Shown one piece after another: positions 28,711-38,185 of a DNA stretch of 53,844 nucleotides (its first letter is position 1; the number at the start of each line of letters is the position of its first letter). The position numbers and the translations under genes are program-made. The stretch lies in the NCBI GenBank assembly GCA_035463715.1, contig DATHSY010000073.1, positions 1-53,844 of the forward strand. The letters are read 5' to 3'. The notes under the pieces are model-generated. The model was not told the DNA's origin and did no database searches. It was given only the letters and a program-made list of their open reading frames with translations. Origin of the DNA: Actinomycetota bacterium (lineage in GTDB: Bacteria > Actinomycetota > UBA4738 > HRBIN12).

Positions 28711-29645
28711 CGCACATCGTGAAGCTGCACGCCGACCTCGACCTGCGGACGCCGCCCGAGTTCGAGGGTCGGTCCCGGGGATACGCGGGGGACGCGGTCG
28801 TCGACGAGGGCGGCGGGTCGGTCCAGATGGGGTTCCGGATCGCCCGGCTCGAGCCGGGCGGGCGGGTCGACGCCCACGTGCACTCGTTCGAGGAGTCGAT
28901 CTACGTGATCGACGGCAGCCTGACGGTGGACACGACGGAGGGGTCGTTCGAACTGACGGCCGGCGACTACGGGCTGCTGCCGGTCGGCATGACGCACGCG
29001 TTCCGCAACCCGTCGGACGAAGTCGTGGGGCTTGCCGAGATGAGGGCGCCGCTGCCGCGGGAGCGGTTCGGCTTCGACACGCAGTTCCCCGGACCGCTCG
29101 AGACGGGGGCGGTCGCCCGCCGGATCGACGTCCGCGATCCACGGAACCGGAATTTCGGGCACATCGACGCCGGGTCGATGGATCCCGCGCTGCAGACGCA
29201 GGACCGGCTCGCCGTCAGCGCCAGCATGCGGACCGCGCTCCTCGTCTACAGCGGGATCACCGTGAAGATGATGGTCGACTCGGATCTCGGCGCCGACCTG
29301 TCGACGATGTTCATGGTCCAGTACGAGCCGGGCGGGTTCGCCGGACCGCACGATCATCCGCTCGAGGAGACCTATCTGATCCTCGACGGTGAGGTCGAGG
29401 GGGTGTTCGACGGCAGGACCTACCCCCTGGGACCCGGCGACGTCGCGTGGGCGGGCGTGGGCTGCGTCCACGAGTTCCGCAACGAGGCCCCCGGGCGAGT
29501 GCGGTGGCTCGAGACGCAGGCGCCCCAGCCGCCGCCTCGGCATTCGTACCGCTTCGCACGTGACTGGAGCTACCTCGAGCAGGCGCTGGGACGAGAGGCG
29601 CAGGGGACGTTGGCCCCGGACGGACAAGGAGCACGCCATGGATGA
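28707..29645 (+). CDS. bicupin protein with two intact His/Glu metal motifs (dioxygenase, decarboxylase or aminohydrolase type unknown)
   Basis: ATGA overlap with the upstream gene. Cupin 1: AHVHSFEESIYVIDG...PVGMTHAFRN. Cupin 2: GPHDHPLEETYLILDG...GVGCVHEFRN. Confidence 0.8.
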   Translation: MTHIVKLHADLDLRTPPEFEGRSRGYAGDAVVDEGGGSVQMGFRIARLEPGGRVDAHVHSFEESIYVIDGSLTVDTTEGSFELTAGDYGLLPVGMTHAFRNPSDEVVGLAEMRAPLPRERFGFDTQFPGPLETGAVARRIDVRDPRNRNFGHIDAGSMDPALQTQDRLAVSASMRTALLVYSGITVKMMVDSDLGADLSTMFMVQYEPGGFAGPHDHPLEETYLILDGEVEGVFDGRTYPLGPGDVAWAGVGCVHEFRNEAPGRVRWLETQAPQPPPRHSYRFARDWSYLEQALGREAQGTLAPDGQGARHG

Positions 29646-30891
29646 GTTCCCGGTAGCGACGAGCCCGGCCCCCGGGGTCATGGGCGTCGACTGGGAGAAC
29701 CGGGTCGACTTCGAGCGGCTGCGTCAGTACCGGCTCGGCCGCGTGCGCAGGATGCTGGCCGAGTTCGACCTCGGCGCCGTGCTGTTATTCGAGACGTCGA
29801 ACATCCGGTACGCGACCGCGACGCAGATCGGCTACTGGGCGTTCAACAAGGGGGAACGCTGGGCGCTGATCACGCGGGAGGGACGGCCGCGCGTCTGGGA
29901 CTTCGGGTCGGCCGCGAAGGCGCACCGGCTCCAGCTGCCGCACCTGTACGACACGCGGAACTCGATCGGCGGCAACACCGGGCTGCAGGGCGCCATCTCA
30001 CCCGAGACGGGCCTGCACGCGCGCGCCGTGCGCGAGATCCAGGCCGCGCTCGAGGAGGACGGCGTCGGCGGGGAACGGCTGGGCGTCGACCTCGCCGAGA
30101 CGGCGGTGTTCCTCGCGCTGCAAGAGGCGGGCGTCACCGTGGTCGACGGCCAACAGGCGATGATGCGCGCGAGAGAGATCAAGAGCCCAGACGAGATCGT
30201 CCTGTTGACGCAGGCGTGTGCGATGGTCGACGGCGTCTACCAGGACATCTTCGAGATGCTGAAGCCCGGAGTCCGCGAGTCGGACGTGGTCGGAATGGCG
30301 CATGCGCGCCTGTTCGGGATGGGATCGGAGTTCGTCGAGGCGATCAACTCGATCGCCGGCGAGCGCTGCAGCCCGCATCCGCACGTCTTCAGCGACCGGA
30401 TCATCCGGCCGGGCGACCAGGCCTACTTCGACATCATCCACGTCTTCAACGGCTACCGAACGTGCTACTACCGCACGTTCGTCGTCGGGCGCGCGACGCA
30501 GGCGCAGCGCGACGCGTTCAAGCAGTCACGCGAGTGGATGGACGCCGCGATCGACGTCGTCCGCCCAGGCGCGACGACCGACCAGATCGCGAAGGTCTGG
30601 CCGAGGGCAGAGGAGTTCGGCTTCCAGGACGAGATGGACGCGTTCGGGCTGCAGTTCGGCCACGGCGTCGGCGTCGGCCTGCACGAGCGGCCGATCGTCA
30701 GCCGGCTGAACTCGCTCGAGACGCCCGTAGAGATCCAGGAGGGGATGCTGTTCGCCCTCGAGACGTACGCGCCTGCCGCGGACGGACGGTCGGCCGCCCG
30801 GATCGAGGAAGAGGTGGTCGTCACGGCCTACGGCTGCAAGGTCATCACGCTGTTCCCGTGCGAGGAGCTGATGGTGGCCAATGCCTACTGA
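29638..30891 (+). CDS. M24-family hydrolase (creatinase / Xaa-Pro / DoeA-DddP-like pita-bread fold)
   Basis: ATG at 29638 follows AAGGAG, with an 8-nt overlap on the upstream gene. FGHGVGVGLHERP, FALETYA and ARIEEEVVVT are M24 motifs. 417 aa. Confidence 0.8.
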   Translation: MDEFPVATSPAPGVMGVDWENRVDFERLRQYRLGRVRRMLAEFDLGAVLLFETSNIRYATATQIGYWAFNKGERWALITREGRPRVWDFGSAAKAHRLQLPHLYDTRNSIGGNTGLQGAISPETGLHARAVREIQAALEEDGVGGERLGVDLAETAVFLALQEAGVTVVDGQQAMMRAREIKSPDEIVLLTQACAMVDGVYQDIFEMLKPGVRESDVVGMAHARLFGMGSEFVEAINSIAGERCSPHPHVFSDRIIRPGDQAYFDIIHVFNGYRTCYYRTFVVGRATQAQRDAFKQSREWMDAAIDVVRPGATTDQIAKVWPRAEEFGFQDEMDAFGLQFGHGVGVGLHERPIVSRLNSLETPVEIQEGMLFALETYAPAADGRSAARIEEEVVVTAYGCKVITLFPCEELMVANAY

Positions 30892-31942
30892 CCCACGGTA
30901 CGACTACGCGCTCCGCGAACCGCGGCTGCCGCCGCCCGTCGACCACTCGCTCGCGGAGGCACCGATCGACCTCGACGTCCGGATCGAGATGTACCGGACA
31001 CTGACCCGGATCCGCGCGTTCGGCAAGCGGGCGCACGACCTGTTCCTGCAGAACCTCGTCAAGGGAACCACGCACCTCTCGCTCGGGATGGAGGCCGTCG
31101 CGGCCGGCTTCGGCGCGGCGATGCAGCCGCACGACTACTCGTTCGCGACCTACCGCGGGCACGGGCACTCGCTCGCGCGAGGGATGGACCCGGGCGCCGC
31201 GATGGCCGAGCTGCTCGGCCGGGAGAACGGGATCCTCGGCGGCAAGGGCGGGTCGATGCACCTGACCGACACGGGCAAGGGGATGATGGGGTCGTACGCC
31301 ATCATCGGCGCGCACCTGTGCATCGCCAACGGAGCCGCGTGGTCGGCGCAGATGCGCGGGACCGATCAGGTGGCGGTCGCGTTCTTCGGCGACGGAACGA
31401 CAAACATCGGCGCGTTCCACGAGGCGCTCAACTTCGCGGTCGTCTGGAACCTGCCGGTCGTCTTCGTCGGCGAGAACAACCTATACATGGAGTACACGCC
31501 GATCGACGTCGTGACCTCGATCGACCCGCCGGTGGCCGGTCGCGCCCCGGCGTACGGGCTGCCGCAGATCCTGGTCGACGGCAACGATCCCGACGCCGTG
31601 TACCTCGTGGCGCGCGAGGCGCTGGACAAGGCGCGCTCGGGCGGCGGACCGTCGCTGATCGAGGCGGTGACGTACCGCTCCGGAGGGCACTCGCGTGCCG
31701 ACCCCGGCAAGTACCGGCCCGCCGAGGAGGTCGGCGCGTGGGCCGAGCGTGACCCCGTACCGATGTACCGCGCACGCCTGATCTCGATCGGGGTCGATGA
31801 GCAGCGTCTGGAAGCGATCCAGGACGAGCTCGACGAGTCGATCGACTCGGCCACCCACGTCGCGATGATGGGCGCCGAGCCGGGCGAGGACGCACTCCTG
31901 TCGCAGGTCTACGCGGACGGAGGTTCCCGGTGGCGGAACTGA
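30881..31942 (+). CDS. thiamine-diphosphate-dependent 2-oxoacid/acetoin dehydrogenase E1 alpha subunit
   Basis: TPP motif region FFGDGTTNIGAFHEALNFAVVWNLPVVFVGENNLY, plus YRGHGHS. ATG at 30881, with an 11-nt overlap. Confidence 0.88.
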   Translation: MPTDPRYDYALREPRLPPPVDHSLAEAPIDLDVRIEMYRTLTRIRAFGKRAHDLFLQNLVKGTTHLSLGMEAVAAGFGAAMQPHDYSFATYRGHGHSLARGMDPGAAMAELLGRENGILGGKGGSMHLTDTGKGMMGSYAIIGAHLCIANGAAWSAQMRGTDQVAVAFFGDGTTNIGAFHEALNFAVVWNLPVVFVGENNLYMEYTPIDVVTSIDPPVAGRAPAYGLPQILVDGNDPDAVYLVAREALDKARSGGGPSLIEAVTYRSGGHSRADPGKYRPAEEVGAWAERDPVPMYRARLISIGVDEQRLEAIQDELDESIDSATHVAMMGAEPGEDALLSQVYADGGSRWRN

Positions 31943-32919
31943 CCTACCGCGACGCGATCGCGTACGGGATCGCGCAGGAGATGCGGCGGGAGCCGAGCCT
32001 GGTGATGCTCGGCGAGGACATCGGACCGGCGGGCGGCGTGTTCAAGACCACCGTCGGCCTGATCGACGAGTTCGGGCCCGAACGGGTCCGGGACACCCCG
32101 ATCTCGGAGCAGGCGATCCTCGGCGCCGCGATGGGCGCGGCGATGACGGGGATCCCGGTGATCGCCGAGGTCATGTTCTCCGACTTCCTCGCGGTCTGTT
32201 GGGACATCGTCGCGAACCAGATCGCGAAGAGCCGCTACATGACGAACGGGCAGGTGAGCTTCCCACTCGTGATCCGGACCGCGAACGGCGGCGGCGTCCG
32301 GTTCGGCGCGCAGCACAGCCAGAGCGTCGAGAACTGGGCGATGATGATCCCGGGCCTCAAGGTCGTCGCCCCCTCGACGCCCGCGGACGTGGTCGGCCTG
32401 ATGGCGGCGGCGATCCGCGATCCCGATCCCGTCGTCTTCTTCGAGCACAAGGGCCTGATGGGGACCAAGGGCGAGATCCCCGACGGCGAGATCGTCGACG
32501 AGCTCGGCACCGCTAAGGTCGTTCGCGAGGGCACCGACGTCACGATCGCGGCCCTCGCACTGATGGTGCCGCGAGCGCTCGAGGCGGCGACGCGGCTCGA
32601 GCGCGACGGGGTCTCCGCCGAGGTGATCGACGTCCGCTCGCTCGTGCCGCTCGACACCCGCGCGCTGCTCGCCTCGGTGGAGAAGACGGGCCGATTCTGC
32701 ACGGTCGAGGAGAACCCGCGGCTGTGCGGATGGGGCGCCGAGCTCGTGTCGATCTTGTCCGAGGAGGCTTTCTGGAACCTCGACGGACCGAGCATCCGGA
32801 TCACGACGCCGCACATCCCGTTGCCGGCGGCGGCGTCGCTCGAGGACCTCGCGATGCCCTCGGCCGACCGGATCTACGAGACGGTGCACAAGTCGCTCGA
32901 CGCCGGGAGCCGCGCGTGA
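31930..32919 (+). CDS. 2-oxoacid/acetoin dehydrogenase E1 beta subunit (transketolase-like)
   Basis: LTYRDAIAYGIAQEMRR...GEDIG..GGVFKTT.GL...FGPERV.DTPISE is the canonical E1-beta N-terminus. GTG at 31930, with a 13-nt overlap. Confidence 0.88.
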   Translation: MAELTYRDAIAYGIAQEMRREPSLVMLGEDIGPAGGVFKTTVGLIDEFGPERVRDTPISEQAILGAAMGAAMTGIPVIAEVMFSDFLAVCWDIVANQIAKSRYMTNGQVSFPLVIRTANGGGVRFGAQHSQSVENWAMMIPGLKVVAPSTPADVVGLMAAAIRDPDPVVFFEHKGLMGTKGEIPDGEIVDELGTAKVVREGTDVTIAALALMVPRALEAATRLERDGVSAEVIDVRSLVPLDTRALLASVEKTGRFCTVEENPRLCGWGAELVSILSEEAFWNLDGPSIRITTPHIPLPAAASLEDLAMPSADRIYETVHKSLDAGSRA

Positions 32920-34187
32920 CGACCGGGACCCTGCTCCGCGGCGGGTGCATCCTCACCCTCGGGACGAAGACCCAGAACCTCAAGCGGGGTGACGTCCTGA
33001 TCGAGGACGGCCGGATCGCCGAGGTCGGGACGTCGGTCCGCGGCCGCGACGCCGAGGTCGTGGACGCGACGGACGCGATCGTGATGCCGGGGTTCGTGGA
33101 CACGCACCGTCACGCGTGGACGTCGTTGTTCCGCAACGCCGGCGACATCGCCGAGGTGTCGCCCGAGGTGCTCGGCGAGCACTACCGGCCAGGGGACGTC
33201 TACGCGGCCACGCTGATCGGGCTCCTTGGCGCGATCGAAGCCGGCATCACGACCGTCGTGGACGTTCTCGATCTCCCGCTCCGCGACGGCTTCGCGGAGG
33301 CGGCGCTGCAGGCGCACGCCGATTCCGGCGTCCGGACCGTGTTCGCGTTCGCGGCCCGAGAGGCAGCCGGCGACATGGTCGATCGCTTGTCCGGCGCGGC
33401 CGGGCCGGGGACGACCTTCGCGCTGGTCTCGGACGGTTTCGGCGACGGATGGACCGGCGCACGCGATCGCGGGCTGAGGGTCTTCGTGCACGCGCGGCCG
33501 ACCTTGTCGGTCCGCGGCGATGTTGCGCGGGCGGCATCGGAGGGCCTGCTCTCGGGCGAGGTCACGCTCGTTCATCACACCGCCCTCGACGATTCGGACC
33601 TCGATGCGATCGCGGGGTCGGGCGCCTGTGTCTCCCTGACGCCGTCGAGCGAGATGGCCACGGGGTTCGGCTCGCCACCGATCCAGGAGCTGATCGACCG
33701 AGGGATCAAACCGGGGCTCGGGATCGATCGGGAAGGGATGGCGCCAGGCGACATGTTCGCCCAGATGCGCCAGACGATCTCGCTCCAGCACGCGACCGTG
33801 TTCGACCGCAAGCTTGCGGGCAAGGCGGGGCTCCCCCGGCTGATGACGACCCGCGACGTGATCCGGTTCGCGACCTCTGAGGGGGCACGCGTCGCAGGGG
33901 TGCGGGAGGTGACCGGATCGCTCGAGCCCGGGCTGCAGGCAGACATCATCGTGCTCCGGACAGACCGCCCGAACGTATGGCCGATCAACGACCCGATCGG
34001 TGCCGTCGTCTGGGGGATGGACACGTCGAACATCGACCACGTCTTCGTCGGCGGCCGCCCGGTGATGCGCAGCGGCGTGCTCGCGGCCGACGTTGCCCGC
34101 GCGCGCTCGCTGGCGACGGGCGCACGCGGACACGTGACGGCCGCGGCGGGGATCGTCGCCCGAGCCGTCACGGGAGCCACGAGGTGA
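32916..34187 (+). CDS. amidohydrolase-superfamily enzyme A (TIM-barrel metallohydrolase/deaminase type)
   Basis: The GTG at 32916 overlaps the E1-beta stop (GTGA). HxH motif in IVMPGFVDTHRHAW, and a late Asp in GLGIDREGMAPGD. Paralog of the C-terminal domain of 38182..40635. Confidence 0.8.
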   Translation: MTTGTLLRGGCILTLGTKTQNLKRGDVLIEDGRIAEVGTSVRGRDAEVVDATDAIVMPGFVDTHRHAWTSLFRNAGDIAEVSPEVLGEHYRPGDVYAATLIGLLGAIEAGITTVVDVLDLPLRDGFAEAALQAHADSGVRTVFAFAAREAAGDMVDRLSGAAGPGTTFALVSDGFGDGWTGARDRGLRVFVHARPTLSVRGDVARAASEGLLSGEVTLVHHTALDDSDLDAIAGSGACVSLTPSSEMATGFGSPPIQELIDRGIKPGLGIDREGMAPGDMFAQMRQTISLQHATVFDRKLAGKAGLPRLMTTRDVIRFATSEGARVAGVREVTGSLEPGLQADIIVLRTDRPNVWPINDPIGAVVWGMDTSNIDHVFVGGRPVMRSGVLAADVARARSLATGARGHVTAAAGIVARAVTGATR

Positions 34188-35248
34188 ACTCCCCTCGGCC
34201 TGCGTCGTCCGCGCTCACGGCCTTCGTCGTCGCCTCGCGCTACATGCCCGTCTACATCGCCCTCGTGCTGCTCGTCGTCGTCGCGTCGATCTGGGCGCCC
34301 GCGACGCTGCGAGGGCCGTCCTTGCGGGCGATCGCCCCCGTGGGAACGCTCCTCGCGATCGCGGCCCTCGGTCAGATGCTCGTCGTGATGACGGGCGGCA
34401 TCGATCTCAGCGTCCCCGGAAGCCTGACCCTCGCGGCCGTGATCACGGTCGGCGTGGGACACGGGGCCGACGATCGCGTCGGTCCCGCGATCGTCGTCGC
34501 GCTCGCGGCGGTGGCGCTCGTCGGCCTCGTGAACGGCATCCTGATCGGTGGCATCGGCCTGAACCCCTTGATCGTGACACTCGCCGTCGGACAGATCGCG
34601 AGCGGCATCGCGTTCCGCTACTACACGAGCGTCGCGATCCAGACGCCCGTGCCGAAGGGGCTCTCCGGATGGACCTCGACCCGTCTGCTCGGCGTCCCGC
34701 GCACGTTCTGGCTGGGCGTCGCGGTCACGGTGGTGCTGATCGTCCTGTTCCGCTTCACGACGGTCGGGCGCCGGTTCCAGGTCGTCGGCGCCAACCCGAC
34801 GGCGTCGTGGATCGCCGGGCTCCGGGTCAACCTCAATCGCGTCTCCGCCTACGTCGTCGCGGCCATGCTGTACGGCGGCACCGGCATCCTGATCGCCTCG
34901 TACCTGCGCACGATCAGCATCACGATCGGCGCGCCGTACCTCCTCGGCCCGATCGCCGCGGTGGTGATCGGGGGGGCCTCGCTGACCGGCGGACTCGCGA
35001 GCCCGCTGTCGACGTGGGCCGCGGCCTTCTTCCTGGCCGGCCTCAACCAGATGATGCGCGTCCTCGGTCTGCCGACCGCGCTGCAGTTCGTCGTGTTCGG
35101 CGTGGTGATCGTCGGGGGGATGTTGATCTCGGGAGACCGGATCATCAGGGCGGTCGAGCACGTGCTTCGGGAAGGCAAGCGACCGGAACCACGAGCCGGC
35201 CCCGTGGTCGCCGGCATCGGACCCGGTGAGGACGGGGGGGTGATCTAA
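34184..35248 (+). CDS. CUT2-type ABC transporter permease A
   Basis: The GTG at 34184 overlaps the upstream stop (GTGA). Multi-TM protein with TGGIDLSVPGSLTLAAV and VIGGASLTGGLASP motifs. 354 aa. Confidence 0.85.
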   Translation: MNSPRPASSALTAFVVASRYMPVYIALVLLVVVASIWAPATLRGPSLRAIAPVGTLLAIAALGQMLVVMTGGIDLSVPGSLTLAAVITVGVGHGADDRVGPAIVVALAAVALVGLVNGILIGGIGLNPLIVTLAVGQIASGIAFRYYTSVAIQTPVPKGLSGWTSTRLLGVPRTFWLGVAVTVVLIVLFRFTTVGRRFQVVGANPTASWIAGLRVNLNRVSAYVVAAMLYGGTGILIASYLRTISITIGAPYLLGPIAAVVIGGASLTGGLASPLSTWAAAFFLAGLNQMMRVLGLPTALQFVVFGVVIVGGMLISGDRIIRAVEHVLREGKRPEPRAGPVVAGIGPGEDGGVI

Positions 35249-35309
35249 CGGGCTTCGAGGGATCGGCGAGCGATCTGCACGGATGACGGTCGACGTAGGG
35301 GAGGGGACG

Positions 35310-36593
35310 ATGCACCGGATCAGGTTCGTGGTCATCTTCGCGGTGTTCGCCTTGGTGGCGGCAGCGTGCGGTGGGGACGATGGCGACACCGGCGGGAACG
35401 GCGGTACGGACGGCGGGAACGCGACGACCGGGTCCGGGCCTCTCGCGGAGTACGGCGAGAGCACGGACGCGGATCCGGCGCTGATCGAGAAGGCGATGGG
35501 GCCGGTCGGGGAGGTTCCCGACATCGTGCTGGCCGCGATCGCTCGCGCGGATCAGGATCTCGACCAGGCCACGGTCGACAAGGCCCTGGAGTGCTGGGCG
35601 GCCACGCAGTGCGATACGGGCACCGGCGGCGACATCGTCATGGGGTACGCGGACGGCGGCGGCCTGAACGTCTGGCGTCAGGTGACGAGGATGGAGGCGA
35701 TCCTGCAGGCGCTCACGTATCCCGAGATCGGCAAGATGATGTTCCGCGACGCCAAGTGGGACCCCGATCCGGCGGTCGCCGCAGCCGACATCCGGTTCCT
35801 GATCCAGGCGGGTGTCGACTTCATCATCGGCTACCCGGACCAGGGCACGAACATCGCCGATGCGATCCTCGAGGTCCAGGCGGCCGGCATCCCCTACTCC
35901 ACGTACTCGGCCGGCTGGGTCGGCTTGCCAGGACAGGAGGGCGCGCTGGTTCCCGGCGAGGATTACCTGACCGTCGTCGGCGAGGACCTCTGCGCGCTGG
36001 GCGATAGCTTCGCCGATGTGATCAACGACGGCGTCCGATCGGGCAGCGTCGGCGTGATGGGCGGCACACCGGGCAACGCGTTGTCGCTCGGTTGGCAGCA
36101 GTGCTTCATGGACGCGGTGGACGACTCGGTCGACACACTCGGTCCCGCGGACACGTACTGGTCGAACGACGTCGCCCTCGAGGTCGTGAACGGGTGGCTC
36201 TCGACGAACCCGGACATCAAGGGGTACGCGTACGAGTACGCGGACGGCCTCAACACGGCGTTGCAGGCCTACGACGAGCTCGGCGTGCCGGTGCGCGATC
36301 TGACGGTCGCCCTGCGCACGGACGAGCAGACGCTGTTCTGCGACTGGGCCGAACGGGACGCGCCGAACTACGACATCTGGTACTCGGCCGGCGGCAACTT
36401 CCAGTCGCGTGTGGCGGTGACCGCTTCGATGATGTACTTGAAGGATGCCGACATCTCGGGTGAGATCGTCGTCCCGCACGTGATGCGTCAGGTCACGGAG
36501 GACGACTGCAACCCCGACCGCGTGACGCCGACGGTGTCGGGGACGTCGCTCGTGCCGGACGAGGTGCTGGCGCTGATGTATCCGAGCGGATGA
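35310..36593 (+). CDS. ABC transporter substrate-binding lipoprotein (unknown ligand)
   Basis: ATG at 35310 follows GGGGAGGGG. MHRIRFVVIFAVFALVAAACGG is a lipobox, followed by a Gly/Asp/Thr linker. 427 aa, unusually long for a CUT2 binding protein. Confidence 0.8.
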   Translation: MHRIRFVVIFAVFALVAAACGGDDGDTGGNGGTDGGNATTGSGPLAEYGESTDADPALIEKAMGPVGEVPDIVLAAIARADQDLDQATVDKALECWAATQCDTGTGGDIVMGYADGGGLNVWRQVTRMEAILQALTYPEIGKMMFRDAKWDPDPAVAAADIRFLIQAGVDFIIGYPDQGTNIADAILEVQAAGIPYSTYSAGWVGLPGQEGALVPGEDYLTVVGEDLCALGDSFADVINDGVRSGSVGVMGGTPGNALSLGWQQCFMDAVDDSVDTLGPADTYWSNDVALEVVNGWLSTNPDIKGYAYEYADGLNTALQAYDELGVPVRDLTVALRTDEQTLFCDWAERDAPNYDIWYSAGGNFQSRVAVTASMMYLKDADISGEIVVPHVMRQVTEDDCNPDRVTPTVSGTSLVPDEVLALMYPSG

Positions 36594-38185
36594 GCAGGAG
36601 CGACCCCGAGGAAGGGTCGGTAGGCGGAGAGGTCGTCCTCGAGCTGACCGGGGTGTCCCGTCAGTTCGGCGCGGTGCGCGCGCTGACCGACGTCAGCTTC
36701 GACTGCCGCGCCGGCGAGGTCCACGCCATCGTCGGCGAGAACGGCTCGGGCAAATCGACCCTCCTCGGGATCGCGAGCGGCTTCGTCGACCCCGATCGCG
36801 GCACGGTCACGATCGGCGGCAGGCGATTACGCCGGGATTCCCCGGCCGAGGCCAGGAAGCTGGGCCTGGCGATGGCGTACCAGGACACCTCGTTGATCCT
36901 GGCGCAGCCGGTGAAGAACAACCTCTACCTCGCCGCCCCGCCGGAGGAGCGACCGCCGTTCTGGCGCCGGAAGAAGTGGGCGCGGCGCGTCCTCGCCGGG
37001 TTCGACCTCGACATCGAGCTCTTCCCCGACATGCCGGCGGGGGCGTTGACGCTCGCGGACCGTCAGCTGTTCGAGGTCGCCAAGGCGCTGGTCACGGAAC
37101 CGCGCGTGCTCCTCCTCGACGAGCCGACCACCGCGCTCGGCCCGCACGAGGTCGAAGCGCTCCACCGCACGCTGTCAGCATGCCGCGATCGTGGCGTCGG
37201 CGTTGTGTACGTGAGCCACCGGCTCCCGGAGGTGCTCGAGGTCGCGGATCGCATCACGGTCCTGCGCGACGGCCGGAGCCAGGGGACGTTCGACGCGCGC
37301 GACGTCACGGAGCATCAGCTCGTCGACCTGATCGTCGGGCGCGCGTTCGAGGCGGCGTTCCCGCCTCCCGCGCCGGGTGAGGGCGAGCGACGCGACCGGC
37401 TCGTCGTGGACGGGCTCCAGGGGCAGGCGTTCGGACCCGTGACCTTCACGCTCGTGAGCGGCGAGATCGTCGGCGTCGCGGGTGCCGAGGGCAACGGCCA
37501 GCCGCAGCTGTTCGACTGCCTCGCCGGACGACAGCCGCCGCGCGCGGGGCGCGTCGCATGCGACGGCAGGGAGCTGATGCTGATCTCCACGCACGAGGCC
37601 GTCCGTGCCGGGATCATGCTCTTGCCCGGGGACCGGAGGCAGGAAGCGCTGATGCCCGTGCTCGGCGTGCGGGTCAACTCGACGATCCAGTCGCTCCGAC
37701 GGTTCGCGACGATGGGGTTCCTGCGGCGGAGGAGGGAGCGCCGGCGGGTGCGAGAGCTCGTCGAACGGCTCGAGATCAAGACTCCGTCGCTCGAGCAGCC
37801 CGTGGGGTTCCTGTCCGGCGGCAACCAGCAGAAGGTCGCGGTCTCCCGCACGTTCCTGCGCGAACCGGCGGTGATCCTCGCGTACGAGCCGACGCAAGGC
37901 GTCGACGTCGGTTCCCGGTTCGATATCTACGCCGCGCTCCGCTCGCGGACCGACACCGGGACGGCCATGCTCGTCAAGTCGAGCGATCCCCTCGAGCTGG
38001 CCGGTCTGTGCGACCGGGTCCTCGTGATGTCGCGGGGTCAGATCGTCGAGGAGATCCCGGGCGACGAGCTCGACGAGTTCCGGATCGTCGAGGCGATCGT
38101 GCGAGGCCCCGGGATGTCACGGGCGGGCCGCTCCCCACTCGGCGTCGCGATGCCGAAGGCTCCCACCCAGCGGAGGGACGTGTGA
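36590..38185 (+). CDS. ABC transporter ATP-binding protein, duplicated nucleotide-binding domains
   Basis: ATGA overlap with the upstream gene. NBD1 has GENGSGKST and LLLDEPTTAL. NBD2 has GAEGNGQPQL (degenerate Walker A), LSGGNQQK and ILAYEPTQGVD. Confidence 0.88.
   Translation: MSRSDPEEGSVGGEVVLELTGVSRQFGAVRALTDVSFDCRAGEVHAIVGENGSGKSTLLGIASGFVDPDRGTVTIGGRRLRRDSPAEARKLGLAMAYQDTSLILAQPVKNNLYLAAPPEERPPFWRRKKWARRVLAGFDLDIELFPDMPAGALTLADRQLFEVAKALVTEPRVLLLDEPTTALGPHEVEALHRTLSACRDRGVGVVYVSHRLPEVLEVADRITVLRDGRSQGTFDARDVTEHQLVDLIVGRAFEAAFPPPAPGEGERRDRLVVDGLQGQAFGPVTFTLVSGEIVGVAGAEGNGQPQLFDCLAGRQPPRAGRVACDGRELMLISTHEAVRAGIMLLPGDRRQEALMPVLGVRVNSTIQSLRRFATMGFLRRRRERRRVRELVERLEIKTPSLEQPVGFLSGGNQQKVAVSRTFLREPAVILAYEPTQGVDVGSRFDIYAALRSRTDTGTAMLVKSSDPLELAGLCDRVLVMSRGQIVEEIPGDELDEFRIVEAIVRGPGMSRAGRSPLGVAMPKAPTQRRDV

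Noticed and set aside
33575-35524. A 649-aa minus-strand ORF antisense to amidohydrolase A and permease A; also 38038..39510, antisense to the fusion gene
   Set aside because: No recognisable domains and Arg/Asp/His-rich composition. The opposite strand encodes clear TM permease and HxH amidohydrolase motifs.
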